Source: Chlorobiota bacterium (GTDB taxonomy: Bacteria > Bacteroidota > Bacteroidia > Flavobacteriales > Flavobacteriaceae). From it: 37,008 nucleotides of DNA. Below, one piece after another: positions 1-7,736 of the stretch; within the stretch, counting starts at the first letter, position 1, and the number at the start of each line of letters is the position of its first letter. The stretch is taken from positions 1 through 37,008 of the forward strand of contig JAADHG010000096.1 of assembly GCA_013151975.1 (NCBI GenBank), read 5' to 3'. The position numbers and the translations under genes are program-made. The notes under the pieces were generated by a model. The model made no database searches. It was not told where the DNA came from and worked only from the letters and a program-made list of their open reading frames with translations.

Positions 1-2000
1 GAGTTAGCCGTTCTTTTTCCAGAACGATCATGGTCGTCCCAATTGTTTGCTGCTAAAATTCCAGGAACTAATACTAAACATATTAGAGCTACAGTTGGTG
101 CAAGTAATTTAGATTTAATTTTAGTTTGTAATAACTCAAACAGGGCATATACTCCAAAACCAATCCAGATAGCAAAGACGTAGAATGATCCCACAACCGA
201 GTAATCACGCTCGCGAGGTTCAAAAGGTCTTACATTGGTGTAAAACTGAATGGCAAGTCCTGTAAACAGAAAGAAAACGAGCATGGTCCAAAATAGCTTT
301 TTGTCTGTATTGAATAAAAAGAATAATCCTATTAATCCTAAAAGGAATGGTAAAAAGTAATAGGTATTTCTAGCTTTATTGTTTAATATATCACTTGGTA
401 AATTATCTTGAGGTAGGCCTAAATGTATCTCATCAATAAAATTAATACCACTTATCCAGTTACCATGCATATCGTATTTGCCTTGTATATCGTCTTGTCG
501 CCCTGTGAAATTCCACATAAAATAGCGCCAATACATATAGCCCAATTGGTATTCGAGCATATAGGCGATATTACTTCCAAAAGATGGTTTTTCTATATCG
601 AAATATTGCGGGCCATATTGTTTTAAAAAGCTGCTATAATCGCTATAATCAACTTGACCTTCATTAACACGAGCAATAAAGTCTGAAACTAATGCTCTTA
701 CCTCATTTTGCATTTGGTATTCTGGTTTTATTTTAAAATCTATAAAACCAGTATAGAGCATATAATTTTCGGCATGTTCAGCACTCCACATTCTAGGAAG
801 AATAGACGCATGTTTTGAGTTGTAATTTGGAGAGGCGTTTTTGTAATCGTTTACGATAACGTATTTGCCTTTTTCATAATCTTTTTCGTATTTAGGCTTA
901 TCATCTACATAAGGATTGTTTTCATCATAACCCGCATATTGTTCAGTAAATTGAGGGCCGTAAAATAAGTGTGTTTTAGGATATTGTTCTAAGTTGTAAT
1001 ATGCCAACAATTCTCTTGCGCTTGAAGGGTTATTCTCATTGATAACGACATTTGCATTCGCACGAATAGGAAGCATCATCCAAGAAGAGAAGCCTATAAA
1101 AATAAATAGCACACAAAGAATTAATGTATTGGTGTGTTTATAGTGTTTTTTTCTCGTATAATGTATCCCATAATAAAATAAGGCAATGGCTAACAAACCA
1201 GCAATAATACTTCCAGAATTAAAAGGTAGCCCAATAGTATTTACAAAGAACACTTCTGCAGCACTAAAAAATTTAAGCGCGTTAGGGAGTAATAATTTAA
1301 ATATAAAAAGTAAAATAGTAACCACCACAATATTTGCAAAAATGAAATTTTTAACGGTTACAGTTTTATAATTTTTAAAGAAATAAATAAGTCCAATAGC
1401 AGGAATAGTTAACAACCCCATAAAATGTACTCCAAACGATAAACCAATAATAAAAGAAATAAGAATTAACCATTTGTTTCCTCTAGGTTTGTCCATGTCT
1501 TGTTCCCAGCGTAATGCCAAATAAAATAAAACAGCCATGATTAAAGTTGCCATGGCATATACTTCGGTTTCTACAGCATTAAACCAAAACGAGTCTGTAA
1601 ATGTAAAAGCAAGACTTCCAACGAGTGCACTACCAAGAATAGCTTGCCCTTTATTTTGAGAAATGGATGTTGTTTTAATAACTAGTTTTTGTAACAAGAT
1701 AGAAATAGACCAAAACATAAACAAGATTGTAAAAGCACTAGCTGCCGCACTCATCATATTAAGCATAAGTCCAATTTGAGAAGGATCGGTTGCAAATATT
1801 GAGAAAAAAGCACCTAACATTTGAAACAATGGAGCTCCAGGAGGATGTCCAACTTGTAGTTTGGAAGAGGTTAATATGTATTCTCCTGCATCCCAGAAAC
1901 TTACTGTAGGTTCAACGGTTAAGCTATAAGTAATAAATGCGACTAAAAATGCAAACCATCCTAAAATGGTATTCCACTTTTTGAAGTTGAATTGTGTCAT
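1..2000 (-). CDS. DUF2723 / TMEM260-like (GT117-type) polytopic membrane glycosyltransferase-like protein. N-terminal ~666 codons; the C-terminus lies beyond the left window edge.
   Basis: Absent from the supplied ORF track because the frame has no stop inside the window. Reverse-complement translation from ATG 2000..1998 gives MTQFNFKKWNTILGWFAFLVAFITYSLTVEPTVSFWDAGEYILTSSKLQVGHPPGAPLFQMLGAFF... Spot checks at ~1200 (GLLAIALFYYGIHYTRKKHY) and ~660 (GQVDYSDYSSFLKQYGPQYF) stay in frame. The frame is still open at base 1 (...ILAANNWDDHDRSGKRTAN). The SFWDAGEY and GHPPGAPLF motifs and the many hydrophobic helices match my recollection of DUF2723 proteins. Confidence 0.8.
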   Translation of the reverse strand, partial: MTQFNFKKWNTILGWFAFLVAFITYSLTVEPTVSFWDAGEYILTSSKLQVGHPPGAPLFQMLGAFFSIFATDPSQIGLMLNMMSAAASAFTILFMFWSISILLQKLVIKTTSISQNKGQAILGSALVGSLAFTFTDSFWFNAVETEVYAMATLIMAVLFYLALRWEQDMDKPRGNKWLILISFIIGLSFGVHFMGLLTIPAIGLIYFFKNYKTVTVKNFIFANIVVVTILLFIFKLLLPNALKFFSAAEVFFVNTIGLPFNSGSIIAGLLAIALFYYGIHYTRKKHYKHTNTLILCVLFIFIGFSSWMMLPIRANANVVINENNPSSARELLAYYNLEQYPKTHLFYGPQFTEQYAGYDENNPYVDDKPKYEKDYEKGKYVIVNDYKNASPNYNSKHASILPRMWSAEHAENYMLYTGFIDFKIKPEYQMQNEVRALVSDFIARVNEGQVDYSDYSSFLKQYGPQYFDIEKPSFGSNIAYMLEYQLGYMYWRYFMWNFTGRQDDIQGKYDMHGNWISGINFIDEIHLGLPQDNLPSDILNNKARNTYYFLPFLLGLIGLFFLFNTDKKLFWTMLVFFLFTGLAIQFYTNVRPFEPRERDYSVVGSFYVFAIWIGFGVYALFELLQTKIKSKLLAPTVALICLVLVPGILAANNWDDHDRSGKRTAN

Positions 2001-2103
2001 AATCATTATTTGTTACTGATGGCGAATTTAACAATAAATAAATTACACGTGGCCATTTTTAAGTAAACGTTAAGGGTTTCTCATTATTTTCTTTAGAAAA
2101 TGC

Positions 2104-2133
2104 TTGCGCAACTAAAACTTTGTTATAAATTTG
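2104..2133 (+). promoter_or_regulatory. Putative Bacteroidota-type promoter for tRNA-Gln
   Basis: TTG at 2104..2106 and TAAATTTG at 2126..2133, 19 nt apart and about 20 nt upstream of the tRNA 5' end. The second box fits the TAnnTTTG -7 consensus. Confidence 0.4.
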
Positions 2134-2152
2134 CAACCTCAAAATGAGATAT

Positions 2153-2225
2153 TGGCCTATGGTGTAATTGGTAACACGTCTGGTTTTGGTCCAGAAGAGC
2201 CTAGGTTCGAACCCTAGTAGGCCAA
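2153..2225 (+). tRNA. tRNA-Gln (anticodon UUG)
   Basis: Manual cloverleaf fold. Acceptor TGGCCTA (2153..2159) pairs with TAGGCCA (2218..2224). Anticodon stem TCTGG/CCAGA encloses loop TTTTGGT, with anticodon TTG at 2186..2188. T-arm is CTAGG-TTCGAAC-CCTAG. Discriminator is A2225. CCA is not encoded. Confidence 0.9.
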
Positions 2226-2304
2226 CAAAAACAGAATTTCAATCTTTATTTAAGGTTGAATTTTTAGAATTTTTAAATATTTTTAAAAGGGCGAGAAGTT
2301 TATC

Positions 2305-2352
2305 CTGAGCGTAGTCGAAGGAAACCCTAGCGTTGTGCTGAGCTTGTCGAAG
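2305..2352. repeat. Two adjacent copies of a short CTGAGC-N3/4-GTCGAAG motif
   Basis: CTGAGCGTAGTCGAAG at 2305..2320 and CTGAGCTTGTCGAAG at 2338..2352. A third copy, CTGAGCGCAGTCGAAG, lies at 20383..20398. Confidence 0.6.
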
Positions 2353-2354
2353 TA

Positions 2355-2367
2355 TAGGCCAACAAAA
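2355..2367 (+). repeat. Exact 13-nt direct repeat of the tRNA-Gln 3' end plus trailer (TAGGCCAACAAAA)
   Basis: The same 13-mer occurs at 2218..2230 (last 7 nt of the acceptor stem, the discriminator and 5 trailer nt) and at 2355..2367. Confidence 0.75.
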
Positions 2368-2376
2368 CTTATGAAT

Positions 2377-2409
2377 AATCAGTCTTTTAACCGAAGGCTG
2401 ATTTTTTTT
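2377..2409 (+). terminator. Rho-independent terminator downstream of tRNA-Gln
   Basis: About 10-bp stem AATCAGTCTT / AAGGCTGATT (one G-U pair) with loop TTAACCG, followed by a T-run at 2402..2409. Confidence 0.6.
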
Positions 2410-2448
2410 ACACGGTATTCAGGAATATTAAAAAATCGTGTTTAAACG

Positions 2449-2481
2449 TTTGCAAAAATCAAGATAAATATTGTATATTTG
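2449..2481 (+). promoter_or_regulatory. Putative promoter of the rimP-nusA-infB operon
   Basis: TTTG at 2449..2452 and TATATTTG (TAnnTTTG) at 2474..2481, separated by 21 nt. Confidence 0.45.
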
Positions 2482-2506
2482 CAGCGTTGTAAGAAAAAGA
2501 ATAAGT

Positions 2507-2532
2507 GAGGGGACGAGAAGTCCCCTCTTTTT
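2507..2532 (+). promoter_or_regulatory. Terminator-like GC-rich hairpin plus T-tract in the rimP leader (candidate attenuator)
   Basis: GAGGGGAC (2507..2514), loop GAGAA, GTCCCCTC (2520..2527), then TTTTT (2528..2532). It ends 10 nt before the rimP ATG and lies downstream of the putative -7 box. Confidence 0.5.
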
Positions 2533-2542
2533 ATACTAAAAA

Positions 2543-3007
2543 ATGTTCAAAAACACAGTTAAAGCTTTACTAGATGACGCCCTCGAAGAGCGACAAGATT
2601 TGTTTTTAATTAGTTTTGATGTGTTAGAAGGTAATTCTATAAGAGTTATAATTGATGGAGATAACGGCGTACTTGTAGAGGACTGCATGTTTATAAGTAG
2701 AGCCATTGAACATAATTTAGATAGAGAAGAACAGGATTTTTCTTTAGAGGTTGCTTCGGCAGGAGCAACAACACCTTTAAGTCATGCAAGACAATATCAA
2801 AAAAATATTGGAAGAGTGTTAGAGGTTAAAACAATTGATAATAAGAAGTTTGAAGCTACACTTGTTAATACAAACGATCAAAGTATTTTTTTGGAGTGGA
2901 AAGCTAGAGAACCAAAACCAATTGGCAAAGGTAAAGTTACTGTAAAAAAAGAAGCGACACTATCTTATAATGATATAGTGGAAGCAAAAGTGAAAATAAA
3001 ATTTTAA
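2543..3007 (+). CDS. rimP: Ribosome maturation factor RimP
   Basis: 154 aa, directly upstream of nusA-infB in the conserved rimP-nusA-infB arrangement. The sequence (…LFLISFDVLEGNSIRVIIDGDNGVLVEDCMFISRAIEHNLD…) looks RimP-like. Confidence 0.85.
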   Translation: MFKNTVKALLDDALEERQDLFLISFDVLEGNSIRVIIDGDNGVLVEDCMFISRAIEHNLDREEQDFSLEVASAGATTPLSHARQYQKNIGRVLEVKTIDNKKFEATLVNTNDQSIFLEWKAREPKPIGKGKVTVKKEATLSYNDIVEAKVKIKF

Positions 3008-3019
3008 TCCAGAATAGTT

Positions 3020-4252
3020 ATGGAAAATATTGCGTTAATTGAGTCATTTTCAGAATTTAAGGACGATAAATTAATAGATCGTGTTACCTTAATGGCGATA
3101 TTAGAGGATGTTTTTAGAAATGCATTAAAGAAGAAGTTTGGCGACGATGATAATTTTGATATTATCATTAACCCAGATAAAGGCGATTTAGAAATTTGGA
3201 GAAACCGTGTAGTGGTTGCTGATGGTGAAGTAGAAGAGCCAAATCAAGAGATTTCATTAACTGAAGCTAGAAAGATTGAACCAGATTTTGAAGTTGGTGA
3301 GGATGTGTCTGAAGAGGTTAAACTTATAGATCTCGGTCGTCGAGCCATTTTAGCATTACGTCAAAACTTAATTTCTAAGATACACGAGCACGACAATACA
3401 AACATTTACAAACAATTTAAAGATCTAGTAGGTGAGATTTATACAGCTGAGGTACATCATATTCGTCATAGAGCAATTATTTTGTTAGACGATGATGGCA
3501 ACGAAATTATTCTACCAAAGGACAGACAAATCCCATCAGATTTCTTTAGAAAAGGAGAGAATGTAAGAGGGATTATTGAAACCGTTGAGCTTAAAGGAAA
3601 CAAGCCAACTATTATTATGTCAAGAACGGCTCCAGTGTTTTTAGAAAAATTGTTTGAACAAGAAATTCCTGAAGTTTTTGATGGTTTAATTACAGTGAAA
3701 AAAGTGGTAAGAATTCCTGGAGAAAAAGCTAAAGTAGCAGTAGATTCTTATGATGATAGAATTGATCCAGTTGGTGCTTGTGTTGGTATGAAAGGGTCTA
3801 GAATTCACGGTATTGTACGTGAGTTAGGCAATGAAAATATAGACGTTATTAATTATACTAATAATGTGCAATTGTTTGTTACCAGAGCATTAAGCCCAGC
3901 AAGAGTAACCTCTGTTAAGCTTGATGAAGAAACAAAACGAGCAGAAGTTATTCTTAAACCAGAAGAAGTAAGTAAGGCAATTGGCCGTGGTGGACATAAT
4001 ATTCGTTTGGCAGGACAACTTACAGGATATGAAATAGATGTCTTTAGAGAAGGTGTAGAAGAAGATGTAGAGCTTACAGAATTCTCGGATGAAATTGAAG
4101 GATGGATAATTGATGAATTTGCAAAAGCAGGATTAGACACGGCAAAAAGTGTTTTAGAACAAGATATAGTAGATTTAGTGAAACGTACCGATCTTGAAGA
4201 AGAAACAATTAGCGAAGTTGTACGAATTCTTAAAGAAGAATTTGAAGAATAA
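3020..4252 (+). CDS. nusA: Transcription termination/antitermination factor NusA
   Basis: 410 aa with S1- and KH-like segments (GACVGMKGSRIHGIVRELGNENIDVI; KAIGRGGHNIRLAGQLTGYEIDV), positioned between rimP and infB. Confidence 0.92.
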   Translation: MENIALIESFSEFKDDKLIDRVTLMAILEDVFRNALKKKFGDDDNFDIIINPDKGDLEIWRNRVVVADGEVEEPNQEISLTEARKIEPDFEVGEDVSEEVKLIDLGRRAILALRQNLISKIHEHDNTNIYKQFKDLVGEIYTAEVHHIRHRAIILLDDDGNEIILPKDRQIPSDFFRKGENVRGIIETVELKGNKPTIIMSRTAPVFLEKLFEQEIPEVFDGLITVKKVVRIPGEKAKVAVDSYDDRIDPVGACVGMKGSRIHGIVRELGNENIDVINYTNNVQLFVTRALSPARVTSVKLDEETKRAEVILKPEEVSKAIGRGGHNIRLAGQLTGYEIDVFREGVEEDVELTEFSDEIEGWIIDEFAKAGLDTAKSVLEQDIVDLVKRTDLEEETISEVVRILKEEFEE

Positions 4253-4371
4253 AAAATTATTATATATTGGATAAGAATTGAGAATACATTTAGAAGTTCT
4301 GTTTTTATTCAAAAATTATAAGTACTGAAACAAAAACAGTGAATGCTGTTAGATATTTTTAAAGGCAATTT

Positions 4372-7101
4372 ATGGCTGAAACAATTAGATTAAATAAAGT
4401 ACTAAGAGAGTTAAATATCTCCATAGATCGTGCTGTAGATTTTTTAGAATCTAAAGGCATTGAGATAGAGCATCGCCCTACTACAAAAATTTCTACAGAA
4501 GTATATGAAGTGCTTTCAGGAGAATTCCAAACAGATGCGAGTAAAAAAGTAGCCTCTAAAGAAGTTAGTGAAGCTAAATTTAAAGAAAAAGAAGAACTTC
4601 GTATTGAACGAGAACGTGAGATTGAAGAAAAACTTCAAAAAGCAGAAGCCGCTAAAAAAGAGATTGTTAAAGCTAAAACTACACTTACAGGGCCTAAGCA
4701 AGTTGGAAAAATTGATTTAGAAAAACCTAAAAAGAAATCTGTCAAAGAGAAAGAGGTGCCAGAACCTAAAAAGGAAGAAAAAGTTTCACCAAAAACAGAA
4801 ACAAAAAAAGCACCAGAAAAAGATAAAGTTGTTGAAGAGGTTAAAGAAAAACCTGTTGTTAAAAAAGCTGAAGAATCACCAAAAGAAGAGGTAATTGAAG
4901 CGACTAAAGAAGAAAAAGTCACTACAAAATACCAAAAACTTTCAGGGCCAAAATCTACAGGAGAAAAAATTGATTTAACCCAATTTAACAAACCAAAGAA
5001 AAAGAAAGAAGATAAAAAGCCTAAAGGTAACGCAAATGCAGATGCCAAAAAGAAACGACGTCGCATAAGTAAAGTTGGTGGTGGCGAGCAAAAAGGCGGA
5101 GGCCCAAGACAGGGACAAGGTAATGCTAGAGGCGGAAATAGATTTAATAATAAAGGAAGAGGTCAAAGACGACCACAGGTTGTTAAGGAAGAGCCTAGTG
5201 CAGAAGAAGTTCAAAAACAAGTTCGAGAAACTTTAGAAAAACTTCAAGGAAAATCTAGTAAAGGTAAAGGTGCAAAATATCGTAGAGATAAAAGGGATCA
5301 ACATCGTCAGCAAACCGAAATTAATCAGGAGTTAGCTGCTGCGGAAAGCAAGGTTTTAAAAGTAACAGAATTTGTTACTGCTAGTGAAGTAGCCACTATG
5401 ATGGATGTTTCAGTAACCGAAATTATATCAGCATGTATGTCACTTGGTATGATGGTTACAATGAACCAAAGATTAGATGCCGAAACCTTATCAATTGTTG
5501 CAGAAGAGTTTGGTTACCAAGTAGAATTTGTCACTTCAGATATTGAAGATGCTATAGAAGAAATTGAGGACAAACCAGAAGAATTAGAACCTCGTGCACC
5601 AATAGTAACCGTAATGGGTCACGTAGATCACGGTAAAACATCGCTTTTAGATTTTATACGTAAAGAAAATGTAATTGCGGGTGAATCGGGAGGAATCACA
5701 CAGCATATTGGCGCTTATGGCGTAGAGCTTGAATCTGGTCAGAAAATAGCATTTTTAGACACGCCAGGTCACGAAGCCTTTACGGCAATGCGTGCTCGTG
5801 GCGCACAAATTACAGATTTGGTTATAATTGTTATTGCTGCCGATGATGATATCATGCCGCAAACAAAAGAAGCCATATCTCATGCTCAAGCGGCAGGAGT
5901 TCCTATCATTTTTGCAATTAATAAAATTGATAGAGAAGCTTCAAATCCAGAAAAAATTAAAGAAGGTCTTGCTAATATGAATTTATTAGTAGAAGACTGG
6001 GGAGGAAAAATACAGTCCCAAGATATTTCGGCAAAAACGGGAGTTGGTATTGATGAATTATTAGAAAAAGTATTGCTTGAAGCAGAATTATTAGAGCTTA
6101 AAGCAAATCCAAATAAACCAGCAGTGGGAACTGTGGTAGAAGCCTTTTTAGATAAAGGAAGAGGATATGTATCTACTATTTTAGTCCAAGCAGGGACACT
6201 AAAAATAGGAGACTATGTACTCGCAGGAAAAAATAGTGGTAAGGTTAAAGCAATGCACGACGAAAGAGGAAATGATGTAACTGTTGCAGGGCCTTCTACT
6301 CCAATTTCTATTTTAGGATTGGATGGCGCACCTCAAGCAGGAGATAAATTTAACGTATTTAAAGATGAGCGTGAAGCCAAACAAATTGCAGCAAAACGTA
6401 CACAATTACAACGTGAACAATCCGTAAGAACACAACGTCACATTACGCTTGATGAAATTGGACGTCGTATTGCTCTTGGAGACTTTAAAGAATTAAATAT
6501 CATTCTTAAAGGAGATGTAGATGGATCGGTTGAAGCATTAACAGATTCTTTCCAGAAATTATCTACCGAAGAAATTCAAGTGAATATTATTCATAAAGCC
6601 GTTGGAGCAATTACAGAAAGTGATGTATTGTTAGCATCAGCATCCGATGCGATTATTATTGGTTTTAATGTGAGACCTATGGGTAATGCACGTCAAATAG
6701 CCGACAAGGAAGAAATTGATATCAGAATGTATTCTATTATATATGATGCTATTAACGACCTTAAAGATGCTATGGAAGGTATGTTGTCTCCTGTATTTAA
6801 AGAAGAAATTACAGGTAGTGCTGAAATAAGAGAAATATTTAAAGTCTCTAAAATTGGAAGTATTGCAGGATGTATGGTTACTGATGGAAAAATATATAGA
6901 AACTCAGGTATTCGTTTAATACGAGATGGAGTTGTTATTTTTACTGGGGAATTAACCTCGTTAAAACGATTTAAAGATGATGCAAAAGAAGTAGCTAAAG
7001 GATACGATTGCGGTATGCAAATTAAAAACTACAACGATATTAAAGAAGGAGATATAATAGAAGCCTTTCAGGAAGTAGAAGTTAAAAAGAAACTTAAATA
7101 A
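4372..7101 (+). CDS. infB: Translation initiation factor IF-2
   Basis: 909 aa. GTPase motifs [17 protein letters not shown] and NKID are present. A Lys/Glu-rich, RGG-like low-complexity N-terminal region precedes the G domain. Confidence 0.95.
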   Translation: MAETIRLNKVLRELNISIDRAVDFLESKGIEIEHRPTTKISTEVYEVLSGEFQTDASKKVASKEVSEAKFKEKEELRIEREREIEEKLQKAEAAKKEIVKAKTTLTGPKQVGKIDLEKPKKKSVKEKEVPEPKKEEKVSPKTETKKAPEKDKVVEEVKEKPVVKKAEESPKEEVIEATKEEKVTTKYQKLSGPKSTGEKIDLTQFNKPKKKKEDKKPKGNANADAKKKRRRISKVGGGEQKGGGPRQGQGNARGGNRFNNKGRGQRRPQVVKEEPSAEEVQKQVRETLEKLQGKSSKGKGAKYRRDKRDQHRQQTEINQELAAAESKVLKVTEFVTASEVATMMDVSVTEIISACMSLGMMVTMNQRLDAETLSIVAEEFGYQVEFVTSDIEDAIEEIEDKPEELEPRAPIVTVMGHVDHGKTSLLDFIRKENVIAGESGGITQHIGAYGVELESGQKIAFLDTPGHEAFTAMRARGAQITDLVIIVIAADDDIMPQTKEAISHAQAAGVPIIFAINKIDREASNPEKIKEGLANMNLLVEDWGGKIQSQDISAKTGVGIDELLEKVLLEAELLELKANPNKPAVGTVVEAFLDKGRGYVSTILVQAGTLKIGDYVLAGKNSGKVKAMHDERGNDVTVAGPSTPISILGLDGAPQAGDKFNVFKDEREAKQIAAKRTQLQREQSVRTQRHITLDEIGRRIALGDFKELNIILKGDVDGSVEALTDSFQKLSTEEIQVNIIHKAVGAITESDVLLASASDAIIIGFNVRPMGNARQIADKEEIDIRMYSIIYDAINDLKDAMEGMLSPVFKEEITGSAEIREIFKVSKIGSIAGCMVTDGKIYRNSGIRLIRDGVVIFTGELTSLKRFKDDAKEVAKGYDCGMQIKNYNDIKEGDIIEAFQEVEVKKKLK

Positions 7102-7124
7102 TAAGTGTTTAAAATTAATCAAAC

Positions 7125-7156
7125 AAAAAAGGCAACCATAAATGGTTGCCTTTTTT
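7125..7156. terminator. Bidirectional rho-independent terminator between convergent infB and the SPOR gene
   Basis: A-run at 7125..7130, stem GGCAACCA (7131..7138), loop TAAA, stem TGGTTGCC (7143..7150), T-run at 7151..7156. Confidence 0.75.
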
Positions 7157-7169
7157 GTAGTTCTAGTTT

Positions 7170-7568
7170 TTATTTAAGGTTCCTTTTTTCTTTTTTAGGT
7201 TTAAATATAAAGGCATTATTAAATTTTCTTTTTATTTTTAACAACGCACGATCTGCTTCTATGCGCGTTTTAAAATTACCAATCCAAATTTTATAATTAG
7301 GCGTTTCAAATTTCATATAAGTTGACCAATTAGAAAAAGAATTTTTAAATTCTAATCGCGCTTTCTTTGCCCCTGAGCGATTGCCATTATAGATTTGAAT
7401 TTTATAATTTGATTGCGATTTGTTAACTTCCTTTTTTAAATTTAACAACACATCAATATTTTTGTCTTGATTAATACTAACAATACCTTCTTGAGCGGTG
7501 ATTATGTTAATACAAAACACTGAGAACAAAAAAGTTAAAAACAAAAAATTAAAATGAGATTTAGGCAT
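7170..7568 (-). CDS. SPOR (sporulation-related repeat) domain protein with signal peptide
   Basis: 132 aa. The N-terminus is hydrophobic (FLFLTFLFSVFCINIITAQ). The C-terminal pattern YKIQIYNGNRSGAKKARLEF…YKIWIGNFKTRIEADRALLKI…AFI is typical of SPOR domains. Confidence 0.65.
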   Translation of the reverse strand: MPKSHFNFLFLTFLFSVFCINIITAQEGIVSINQDKNIDVLLNLKKEVNKSQSNYKIQIYNGNRSGAKKARLEFKNSFSNWSTYMKFETPNYKIWIGNFKTRIEADRALLKIKRKFNNAFIFKPKKEKRNLK

Positions 7569-7586
7569 AATATGTTTATTTTAGTG

Positions 7587-7594
7587 CAAATGTA
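7587..7594 (-). promoter_or_regulatory. Possible -7 box for the SPOR gene
   Basis: The + strand reads CAAATGTA, which is TACATTTG (TAnnTTTG) on the - strand, 19 nt upstream of the start codon at 7568. Confidence 0.3.
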
Positions 7595-7692
7595 AAGTAT
7601 ATAAACTGAAAGACATATATCTTTATTATTTAGAACCTTTATAAATTAGATACTAACACTTATGTAACATTTTCAAAATCGACTTTAAATGT

Positions 7693-7700
7693 TATTTTTG
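7693..7700 (+). promoter_or_regulatory. Possible -7 box for the ACIII/oxidase operon
   Basis: TATTTTTG fits TAnnTTTG. It lies inside the first codons of the longest ORF (7689), which argues for a downstream start codon. Confidence 0.35.
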
Positions 7701-7736
7701 TGCGAGATTTTTATAACCAAATATTGTTCTATTTGT

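Noticed and set aside
423-1371. + strand ORFs 423..626 and 1186..1371
   Set aside because: They lie antisense to the continuous, motif-bearing DUF2723 reading frame (1..2000, -). They are short with odd composition and are shadow ORFs.
4516-5220. Three long - strand ORFs (61-143 aa) inside the 5' third of infB
   Set aside because: They are antisense to the Lys/Glu-rich low-complexity region of IF-2. AAA/GAA repeats read as TTT/TTC on the other strand, giving stop-poor Phe/Ser/Leu-rich artefacts.
4530-5330. Lys/Glu-rich and RGG-like ([26 protein letters not shown]) low-complexity N-terminal region of IF-2
   Set aside because: Variable, charged N-terminal extensions are a normal feature of bacterial IF-2, so this is not evidence of anything unusual.
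7105-7296. + strand ORF overlapping the infB terminator and the 3' end of the SPOR gene
   Set aside because: It starts within the terminator region and is antisense to a better-supported gene. No recognisable features.
7689-7736. Longest-ORF start of actA at 7689 (MLFLCEIFITKYCSIC…)
   Set aside because: The candidate -7 promoter box (7693..7700) lies inside these codons, and the peptide has no signal-peptide character. Downstream ATGs at 7737 and 7782 are more plausible.
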